NCBI RefSeq assembly: GCF_964355755.1
Contig: NC_092678.1
Location: 7,084,422-7,148,421, forward strand
Source: Antedon mediterranea
Taxonomy: Eukaryota; Animalia; Echinodermata
Direction: 5' to 3'
DNA length: 64,000 nucleotides
A program made the position numbers and the translations under genes. Within the stretch, counting starts at the first letter, position 1, and every line of letters starts with the position of its first letter. Of the stretch, positions 12,002 to 24,000 are shown piece after piece. A model generated the notes under the pieces. It saw nothing but the letters and a program-made list of their open reading frames with translations. It was not told the DNA's origin and did not search any database.

Positions 12002-15000
12002 TCATTCTGGCCAATCAAGTTTGATCTTGTCCATGAATTCTTCATCGGTCATACTATCGCCAATCTTACAATAATACGCGGCAAATTCTTGTAAAGATAT
12101 CTGAGGAAACATAAGAACAGTGTTGTCAATACTTCTATTTGCCAATTCATTTTTTAAATTACACACATGAAAGATGATCGCATGAACCTGGATCTCATGG
12201 CAGCCTTTTAAAAAGATGATCACATGAAATGAACCAGGATCTAATGTCTACATCATTTAGAAAAGATGATCACATGACGAGATGCTCTGGATCTCATGTC
12301 TTTATCATTTAGAAAATATGATCACATGACGAGATCCCGGATCTCACCTGCATCCTTTAGAAACGATGGTCACATGACGAGATCCCGGATCTCACCTGTA
12401 TCCTTTAGAAACGATGATCACATGACGAGATCCCGGATCTCACCTGCATCCTTTAGAAACGATGATCACATGACGAGATCCTGGATCTCATCTGCATCCC
12501 TTAGAACGAGGATGACATGACGAGATCCCGGATCTCACCTGCATCCTTTAGAAACGATGATCACATGACGAGATCCTGGATCTCACCTGCATCCTTTAGA
12601 AACGATGATCACATAACGAGATCCTGGATCTCATCTGCATCCCTTAGAACGATGATGACATGACGAGATCCCGGATCTCACCTGCATCCTTTAAGAACGA
12701 TGATCACATGACGAGATCCTGGATCTCACCTGCATCCTTTAGAAACGATGATCACATGACGAGATCCAGAATTTCACTATGTTTGTCACTATTTCGCAGA
12801 GAATGATCAGATGATGAGATTATGGATCTTGTCGTGCTAAGATCCTTTATAAAGGGTTAATCTAATGAAAAGTTCCTGGATCCTTTTCGTCATGTTTATA
12901 TCATTCTTATGGAAGCGTATAGTGGCCACCCAGATAATTACATTACATACATCCGTACATTCTAAATGATGTTGCTAAAATATATATCAAACATGGGCAA
13001 ACATAAACTCACCTTTCCGTCTTCTTCTCCTTGTTTGTCGTAGTCTTTGAAAAACTTCTCCATTTCATCTTTGTTCATTTGATTCCTCATGTCTTCTTCT
13101 GTACAGAACTCACTACCGTCTTTATCTAGACGAGCAAAAACTTCTCTCACTTTCTTTCTCCTATCAGCAGACATTAAAGGTAGCTGTAAATTGAATAACA
13201 TTTGTACATGAGTTAGATGACTTTGCAACCGGCATTGCTTGATAGTCTAAGGAGACAAAATGTAGAGTTATTTGTCTGGTAAAGTCAATGGAGTTAAAAA
13301 GATTGATCAAATGAGGATGAAGTTAAATTACTCTGAAAAAGTACAGTATAAGTAAAAGTTTTTGGTTATTTAATTTACTTTAATATAAAGAAACGTTCAA
13401 CTTTATTGTTTAAAATAATTAACACTTGTTTGAGATTATTAACAATATAAAACACGTTATGAACGAAACAATTTGTTTTGTCACAAAGCGAAAATTGAAC
13501 TTTGAAAGCTAAGTGAATCAGCCATCATAGTTACATAATATGGAACGCAATATGTAGTCCGCCCGACGACTGCTGAATGGCGTGCAAGTTATTTATCTTG
13601 CGCCACTTAGCGGCGCTATACAATCTTTGGTTGCATAAAAAAATGACCGATGGAATTCGAATTCGAAAGGAGTATCATGGCAACGATAGAACAAATCGAC
13701 CGTTCTATACGCCGCGCATAGAACAAAAAGATGCACTTCGAACAACACGCACACGCGCTCAGGATTATCTATATAAGCAGCGCATCGGCAACCTAAAAAT
13801 CGACAACGACAAGAGACAAGACTCTCCACCAGTTGTTTTATTTGTGCTTACACAAAAAAGTGTTGCTAAGTAAACGTGCATTCGAATTCTAAACTTACCA
13901 AGACGACGATCAAGAATGGCAAACAAATCGATTGTTCAATCAGACATCCTGGTGAAACCAATAATTGGAGGGTAGGCCCAAATACAATTTAATAGCCTAG
14001 TGTTAATAGTGGTTACATTTCCACCACTCATTATAGGGTAGGCTAGGAATAGGATCTAGAGGTCTAAGGCTACAAAAAGGTATAGGCCTAGGCCAAGCCT
14101 AATAATAATATGAGGGACTGCTAACTAGGCATAACTAGGCTTAGTCTATTTAGTTACGGTCTAGTAAGTGGCCTATAATTAAGTAGGCTATGCCTATCCT
14201 ATCCTGCCTCTACGGCTAGCATAGGCCCTATAGCTATTATAGTAAGTTAGTGCGTTTGTAGAGTAAGGCATCTTTTACTCTAGCTAGGCTAGACCTAACT
14301 TTAATTAGTCTGTATTGTAAGTAGGCCTAGGCCTAGGCCTAGGCCTAATTAGAGTCTGGGGCATTATTATCGTAAATTTAAAAAAATAGTAGCCCATATT
14401 CAAGTTATCGTAAGTATATGCTTATTATATTGTATAATTGATAATAACTTTATGATAAAATATGCTTATTCTTGCTTCGAATTTAAGTAGATCTCAGCAA
14501 GATGTAGGACACCAACCAAGAAGAAAGTCATTATTTAGAAGGGTTTGGGTAGCAGTACTAAACCTTTTTTGTATCACAAGTTACCAAGCAGCGGATAGCA
14601 ACTTAAGTTCACCATATTCATCGCCTCTATCATCAATCCAACCATCAACGAGTGCAGTTCCAGTGTCAACCTCACTATCACGATATTCAACAGCATCACT
14701 ATCATCAAAGTCATCATCACTATCTAAATCAACGTCTGTACGGCCAAGGTCATCTTCGACATCATCGCCTGGTCAGATAAGTGCATCCGCGTCGTTGTCC
14801 TCCCAAACAGCGTTATCACCGGGTCAGATACCAGCATCGGCGTTATCACCGGGTCAGATACCAGCATCGGCGTTATCACCGGGTCAGATACCAGCATCGT
14901 CGTCATCACAATGGCCAGTGTCATCTACTAGAAGCTACAATAGTTCTTCGACAAGTAACTCCACCACGTCAACAAAAACCGTTGGTAACAAAGGAGATGC

Positions 15001-18000
15001 CACATCAAAACATCTTGATCAAATACTGCCGCATGGGAAGATCCTGCCTAGATCGAGTGTATCCAACCTTAGCACTCCTGTACAGCTTGGTCATGGCAGC
15101 TTCGGTCGCGTTGACTTGATGTCGTCGACTCTGTATCCAGGAAATCTAGTTGCAGTCAAGACCGCATTTTTGGAGAGGTACGATAATGCTGATGAAGCGT
15201 GGTTCGAAATGTTGATAGAAGCTCGTGTTATGGAGTTGATGAGTGACCAACCTTCAGTTCCTCGTGTCTTAGGCGTCTTTCGCCAAGCCAATCTTTGCTG
15301 CATGGTGCAGGAGTTCGTTGGAAATACTCTGACCCTATCCAGTACAACATTACTGAAAGTATTGCTAACTGGACAGCCGTCATTGAGTAAGCTCGATTGC
15401 ATTTCCATAACGAAAGAGGTGACCATTGCCCTCAACATCATGCACCAGCGAGGAATCCTCCATAATGACGTAGCGGCAAGGAACATCCTCATCAACCACG
15501 ATGGTATCTGCTACAGAGCGAAGCTCTCAGACTTCGGCATGGCTAGCACTCTACAACAACCAAGGAGAAATACCCAGCTAACCTTCAAATCGTCAGCCGA
15601 ACTGATTAAATACCACTTGGACAACCGAGAAGTCGCGCCAGAAAAATACGTTTTCGGTGCCTGCAACTCAGTACAGAGTGACGTGTATGCTATCGGTTAT
15701 GTAATCAAATGTTTAGGAGTAGCAACTCAAAGTAGACAGATGGTTGAACTCGGAAAGGACACTACAGCAGTTAAACCAGAACATCGACCTTCTTTAGATT
15801 TATTAATAAACAAGTTGGAAACAATGGCAGAAAATGAAAAGAGAAATCGACTTGTCAACGGGCGTTAGTTTAAATAGTAATATTAAATATGATTTTTTTT
15901 TTTGATATGATAAATTCTAATGATGATAATAAAATTATAATAATTAATAGTGATATAACAATTGAAAATTGTAACAATAATATATAATTAAAAAATAATT
16001 TTAATCTCTAATTTACGTGTTTCAATATTAATATTCAACATTATTACAAAACATTTACCAAATATATTTTGCGTTGCTACTGGTAACTGGTAAGTATTAT
16101 TTATAATAAAGTAAGTACACACAATTTGTATTATTTCTAATGTTTTTGTAGGATAATGCATTCAAATGCCTTAATAGTTATGTTTAAATAATACATTTGT
16201 AAAAACCTATAGAAATAGGCCTAATATAAAAGATTTGTCAATATACTGTAATATATTTAATTGAGAAGCATACTAAACTAAACTTCATTTACGCCTAAAA
16301 CTATTTTTTCTTCATATTAATTAATTAAAGTATTTTTCTCTAAGAGTTTACGAATGATATAATCTGCTAAATAACTATGGTAGTTTACAAGACGATTATT
16401 CAATTCTCGACACCCCTTTTACCCATTATAGGTGAATTGTGTACTAATGTTGATAGTAATGACAACAAACTATTCGTAATACTAAAACTAAGATAAATCA
16501 TATTGTTTAACACAACTTGTAATTCTTTTTTTATGTAAGCCTGTCCGACAAAAAGTAAATATGATGTTTTCAACATTTTATGTAAAAACAATCAACATTC
16601 TTTTGTACATTTACCGTAATATTCATTAAATGTTTGCCGATTCGAGGGACTACTATCACAGCCATCGATATGAAGACGACAAGATGATGTTCAGAGCGGC
16701 ATTTTTCAACATTTTAGGTAAAACCAATCTTGTACTACTACTTGTGACTATATGTGTATATAAGGTTATTCATTTCTTTTGTAAGCTATATCTAACATTA
16801 ATAATATATTTGTATATAACGTTTATTTATTTATTTTCATTAAATGTTTGCCGATTCGAGGGACCACTATCACAGCCATCGATATGACGACAATATGATG
16901 TTCAGAGCGGCATTTTTCAACATTTTAGGTAAAACCAATCTTGTACTTGTGACTATATGTGTATATAACGTTATTTATTTCTTTTGTAAGCTATATGTAA
17001 CATTAATATATAATATATTTGTATATAACGTTTATTTATTTATTTTCATTAAATGTTTGCCGATTGGAGGGACCACTATCACAGCCATCGGTATGACGAC
17101 AGGATGATGTTCAGGTCGGCATTTTTCAACATTTTAGGTAAAAACAATCAACACATTTTGTACTTTTAACTATATTTATATATAACGTTAATTATTTCTT
17201 TTGTAAAACTATATCTAACATTAATATATAATATTTTGTATACAACGTTTATTTATTTATTTTTCATCAAATGCTTGCCGATTGGAGGGACCACTGTCAC
17301 AGCCATCGATATGACGACAATATGATGTTCAGAGCGGCATTTTTCAACATTTTAGGTAAAAACAATCAGCATAATGTTGTACAATAACATTATTATATAA
17401 TATTTTGTATATAACGTTTATTTATTTATTTTCATTAAATGCTTTCCGATTCGAGGGACCACTATCACAGCTATCTATATGAAGACAGGATGATGTTCAG
17501 AGCTGCATTTTTCAACATTTTAGGTAAAAACAATCAGCATAATGCTGTACAATAACATTATTATATAATATTTTGTATATAACGTTTATTTATTTATTTT
17601 CATCAAATGCTTGCCGATTCGAGGGACCACTATCACAGCTATCGATATGAAGACAGGATGATGTTCAGAGCTGCATTTTTTTTCAAAGTTTTTGGTAAAA
17701 ACAAGAACATTCTTTTGTACAACTATATCTAACATTGATATATAATATATTTGTAAGTTATAACGTAAGTTTATTTCTTTTCATTAAATGCTTGCCGATT
17801 GGAGGGATTACTATTACAACCAGCGATATGGAGTTGTGGCTTGGTGGTTATGATGCTTGGCTATACCACTCCAAGGGTCCTGGGTTAAAGTCCCGTCACA
17901 TGTCAGGATTTTTTCTAAGGACCAAATTACTCCACTCCCAAAGACTTGTAATAAGACTTTGTTTATGTAGAGAATCTTGTGTATATGTTTGTCTTGTGAA

Positions 18001-21000
18001 ACTCTGAGGGTCCCTAATGATCAGCAATAGCTGGATGGATCACCCTCATTAAATATGGTTTTTAAAAAAAAAGACAAGATGATGTTAGCAGCATTTTAAG
18101 TTCAATCAAAAGTGTTTTGTAAACTGTCCAATACCGGTATGTATACAAACGTTAACATTTATTTGTTTGTAAACGCCCTTTCACGCTGAACATTTAACCG
18201 GCTATTCCTGTATGTAAATTACCCACGTTACAATGGAATGCGATCACTGTCGAATTATAATTTTAAAAGTGGGCCCACTACGGTACCATGTAGATAAAAT
18301 AAAAGCTGGCTACCGGAACTCCCCTTGAATGATTTGCCCAGGGCACGCATGTCAGGTTTTATACTTCTTTGAAGAAGCAGTAGCGTGTTGCTGTGTAGGC
18401 CTAACTCAATACCGGTAACGGTTCATTAAGAAAGAACATTGAACATGCAATAATTACGTGGGAGGTGTTTTGTTTGATAGATGCATTTTTCAAATTATTA
18501 ATGCCTAATTTATCATAAACTACAATGACCATTGCCGTCGTGAAGGCAAGGTGCAGGTCAAACATTTCAATAATTATCGATCAAAGTTTTCCACGTGTTT
18601 TATTTAACCACTTTCTATCTTCTTTCTTGAGTTGTCACGTTTCTTATTATTATTTTGGCCTAATTTACCTAAACTCTAAACCCTCTATGGACACATGGTG
18701 GCAACATTTATGTGATTCAGTTACGAATTTTCATTTTTGTACACTGTATAGGCTACTGAACGTTTAAAATCGTTGTTGCACACTCACCGCCATAGCATAA
18801 ATATCCTAACGTGTACAAATTTGTTCTGTAATCAAAGCCGTCAACAAAAAGAAATAACACAATTTCGGAGATTAATAATATTTGTCATCTTTTGTTAGGT
18901 AGACCTACATACAATAAATTTAACAATAGACACAGAAAACGTGAACACAATGACCTAGGCCTACATATCCAATTACCATCAAAATTCAATTAGCCATAAA
19001 AAGAAGAATGATATTACCATAGACCTATATAAAGGTCCATTGTATTACTGTATTACATTATAACGATGGAGTCAAACACTTTTAAGGCCCATTTACACTA
19101 GAACGATAAAGATCGACGAAAAATAGAAAACATTTTTTTTTGCATCAAACAAAAAAAAGTGGAAAAGTTTTTGTTCTAGAACTAGGGCCTATAGGATAAT
19201 CATTTATGCTGTCTTTGATAAAAAATGATTTTTGACAAATCCAATCACATGACGTCATGATCAATAAAAATAATAAAGTCGTTGTATTGTCACGATATTA
19301 TTGCTATTACCAATCATGACACCTTTTGATTGAACATGTGAAAATATCATTTTCATCAAAGTAAGCATAGATGGTTATCCTGGGATGAAAAATTAAATTT
19401 CCTTTAATTCAGGTATGGATAAGCAAGCCTGTGAGCTACAGCGATTGCTTTTGCTTATCATTGCCTCCTTAGATTTCTTGTTTTATTACCTATGTTTTAA
19501 AGCTCAGGTACAGGCATGAATTTTAAATATAATATCGGGTTAATTGTACATAAATCAAGTATTTGTAAAAGGAATCAAGGCGAAAAAACATAAATTTCCC
19601 TTAAAATGGTCAAATTCAAAATTAAAAACCAGGAAGACTTTTTTTCAGTAGTTAGGTAGTTAACCTAATGTAATAACATGTATGGTGACTCCCTAGAAGG
19701 TGAAAAAAGATGGTGGATATACGGTGGATAATTTTTGCTATAGCATCAAAATAAAAATCTGAAGTTGAATAAAAATACCAGAAATGTAATATTCAAATTA
19801 TATTACCTATATTTAGTCATCTGATACCATTTTTTACCACACCATTTGTTTTTCATAGCTTTTTAAAATGCCTCTCTATTTACAAAATTTGTGTACAAAA
19901 GAATAGAGATTTTACTGTGTAATTTGAACTATCCCCCCACTGATAAGAAAGTGCTTGTTTTCTACAAGCTCGTGTAACACAAATAAAATCCCAAAAATTA
20001 TGAAACATAGGGGAAACTATAGATCGATAATTATTGGAATGTATGATCAATAGAAATTTTTTGCCCGCACTAGTACCTGGCCTTTAAATGTATTTCGATT
20101 TTAAAGGCTAAATAAAGAATGAATGAATGCAAATTATCTATTTATCGTCGATCGTTATCGCCCTAGTGTAAATGGGCCTTTATGCCATAAAATCATACGA
20201 TGATATAGGTTGAAATGGTATGTATACGTCTGAATACACCCCATTTATCGTCATCATTTCAGGAATGATGATGACGAAGGCTACCCAAGCTGAACCCAAC
20301 ATTTTCTGTCATCCATCACGTATTTTTATTTGAAATAATATATTAAAATTTCATATTATAGTAAATGTCAAAATCTATTATCTCGTATGTATGTAGTGTA
20401 TTATAAGTGGCACTCCATAAATCATTGATTGTGGATTTACTTCGAATTTTCTCCTTAATGTCAGTAAAATGTAAAATTCAAATTATCAAGCTGAGTTTAA
20501 AATGCAAGAATAACATTTGTATTTATGATAATTTTTGTTTAGTTTTTAAATCAATTAAGGCCAACTTGATCTTCTAATAAGCTTTACGTGACAAAAAAAA
20601 ATGATGTCATATCACTACCATATTTGGGCATATCACTCCCATTTTTGGGCACATCAAACTTTTTTTGTTAAACTAGTTTTGATAGTGTAGCCTAGACATA
20701 GCTTAAGCTTGGTTCCCACTTAGAACGTAACGCAAAGACGTAAACGCAACGCAAGCGTTTTAACCAATGACGAGCGAAGTTATAAACAGTTAGCAATCAC
20801 AAGCGAATAAGCCATCGCTTGTGATTGGTCAATTCACTTGCGCTGCGTTACGTCCCTGTGTTGCGTCGCTAGTGGGAACCACGCTTTAAAGGCCAATTTA
20901 CAGAGAGGAGCGGTAACGGTAATACAAATATAGAATCTATGTTATTCCTTATGAGTCGACCATTTACACACAGCGTGGAGCGGACGGGCAGTTTCCGCTC

Positions 21001-24000
21001 AGGATAGATACAGATTCTACGTGGGACAAGCTACGTGGTTTTCCGCTTACCATTACCGCTCGTCTGTGTAAATTGGCCTCTACACTAAATTGCGGCGCTG
21101 ACTTTGGTACAGGCTGATACTACCCATACACACATAATAAACATAAGAGAAATATCCCGACGTATTGCGAATGTAAACTCGTCATAAACCATCTTCTAAA
21201 GACCTGTTCCCACTGGGCATTTACACGAGAAGCGCTTGACGCGTGGAAGCTTCTCGCGTATGTGAATTGTTCACTGTGCATCGGCCTTAAATACCTAGTT
21301 CAGAGAGCCGAATTTATAATCGGACGTCATAATCTGGAATTTAACTGGTCAGAAAAGTAATTTCAATTGTACACTCGATTCTTCATTGTACCTAAATTCA
21401 GTGATACAATGTCCAAATGCTTGTCACACATTTTACAACTGTTATAAGTTTGGGCAAAAACATTACCAACGTCATATTCACAAAAATCACCTATTATAGG
21501 CCTAATCATGATACATGTCTACCATGTTTAGCCATCATGCACTTGTGGCTCTGAGTGTCCAACAAATATTAGACACTTCTCGATTTGTGGCGACAGCCGA
21601 AGGCCTATGTTCGGTCATGTCAATTTATTTGTCGTCGGTAGTCGTCGCCTGGGCCTAGAAACGACCAAAACTGTGTCAAGGTGGAGAGCAGGAAAGCACG
21701 CTCCAAAACAAGCATCATTGCGCACAGAATTAACATGATGATCCCTAGTAGGCCTAGAGTATTAGATCTGCTATACAATTTCACTCACAACCATGTTTGG
21801 TTATTAAACACTCGGTGAATTTTGTTTTGACAATTAGGAATATTCATTATAGACATAATTAAAAGACTTCTCTCGATTCAATTGCTAATGGCAACAGTTC
21901 TTAACAATAATGTAATTGATAAAACATAATTAATATACAACGTGTGTCTGAACACAATAAACCACTATTCATAATTATGGTAAATACAGTTAATTAAGAA
22001 ATTCATCCACAAAGAGGCAGAGTTCATAATATCTGTACACCAGTATCGTATTGTCCTAATGTTACCAACGTGTTAATGAAATAACATGCTTTCAAATTGC
22101 GAGCAAGACGTTATTATTATTTTATTATTCTTTATTTGGTGTAATATTATTCCAGTTGGTGCAACGCGACTCTACAGCTCATATATCGGTCGGTGGGTCG
22201 GTCGGTAAACACTAACTAAAATTTGAGCACGCGATTGCAGCCATGTATATGACCTTGTTTTAATGCGTTGTGAATGTTAAGGCTGGTTTCCTGTCGACGT
22301 AAGAACATCACTTTTGTTGCGACTACGTCGATTTGTCGTAAGAAATGCGGATTTTACAGGAAACCGATTACGATCGAAAATTTACAAAATCGACGCAACG
22401 TAAGAAAAATGGTAACGACAAACGATTTTACAGGAAACCGATGACCTAACAATTGTTGCGTTACGACGTTTTCTTCCGATTTTACAGGAAACCGGGATTT
22501 TTGATCTTACGCTTGAATGAACGCCCTTGCGTCACGTTTCTTACGTCTCTTACGAAAGTTGACTTGAAGTCAACTTTCGCAAGAGACGTAAGCGCAATCG
22601 TAACAAGCAACCAATGAGCGACAAGAGTTATGACGTAATGTGTATGTCCTTATAGTGAAATAAAGCCGGACAATAACATTTGTATGTATTTACTACTATA
22701 ATTTTAGCCCACTTTACGATGTTGTACATACTTTACAAATGCACAGTAGTTTCAATATAGGCCTAATAATGTTCTAATCAGGGAGTTTACAACTCATATC
22801 AAAATCTAATACTCTTATTTATGAACGTGCAATAAACAATCAGCATCGGTAGAAACGTCACGAAAATGAACATTTTCAACAAGATAAGATATAGAAAGCC
22901 CCTTTGTAAGCAATATAATATTATTATGTAACTTAAAAAATGTTTGCTTGATTTTGTATAATTTATATTGTTTTGTTAAATTTATTCTTATTATAGGCCT
23001 GTAAATAATGGGTATCTTACTGCGGTAGTACTATGGCCTAGCCTAGGGCCTAGCATGGAACTATAATATAATAGTTCCATGGGTGGTCTAATAATAATAG
23101 GAATCCCGAAATGATTTGCCTTTTTTTAATTTTGAAAACTATTTAAGGCTAGGCCTAGAGGGCCAGGATAATTAATTCATATTTTTATTCATACAGTAGT
23201 ACATTACTAGCCTAGGCTCCTAGGCTAGTTTGATTAGATTTTGGTCAAATCAATTCATATTAGTACAGTATTAATTAAATATTATTACTAATACTAGGGC
23301 CTATAGCCTATCTACTGAAAATAATATGTTGGTGTGCTGCACTGACCTGAGTAGCTACAGGTACAATAACAACATTCAACATTTCGCGCGAAAAAGGATA
23401 AAACCCGCTCTAAAAAGAAACACCAATCACAGATGTTGTTTCAAATACGTCATAAATCTGACCGACGTAAGAAAAAAATTTCAACTTTCGTAACAACACT
23501 AAAATCGGCGTAAGCATACGACGTGTGTTTCACAGCCAAAATTTCAACTTTCGGGAGCAGCATAACTACAGATGTTTCTCTGCGGCCCGACACGATCTTG
23601 ATTAACGTCAACGACGTCATTTTTTTCTCAACTTTCGTAAGAGACGTAAGAAACGTATGAAACGCAAGAATCGTTGCAAAATTCGACTTCTTACGTCGAC
23701 AGGAAACCAGCCTTTAGTGCCTGTAAGGCTTGGTTCTCACTAAGACCTAAGCGGAACGCATAGTTGACCAGTGGCAAGCGACAGTTCGAATAATCCATTG
23801 TTTGTGTTGGTCAAATCGGTTGCGTTGCGTATACGTTCTTGCGTTTGTTCTCGGTAGGACGCACCACACAGACGTAAGCGCAATTTGACCAATCACAAGC
23901 AATGATTTATTCGAACTGTCATGTTCATGTTTGTTAGGTCCTAGTGGAACCAAGCTTTCCTTGTATTATTATTATTTTAAGCCTATATCATACTGTAGGC

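Noticed and set aside
13577-13873. 98-aa ORF upstream of the kinase
   Set aside because: No domain similarity; it overlaps the likely promoter and 5'UTR.
16630-17830. CRISPR-like array (conserved core with variable spacing)
   Set aside because: Linkers are homologous to each other rather than unique spacers, units are too long, there are no cas genes, and the context is eukaryotic.
17830-17900. tRNA genes (also near 24568, 29459, 28530 and 35900)
   Set aside because: A/B boxes are present, but no complete cloverleaf was found. The clear cases run into SINE bodies.
13200-19080. A single transposon enclosing the kinase and its downstream array
   Set aside because: I found no convincing TIRs, TSD, LTRs or Helitron termini by eye, so it remains a hypothesis only.
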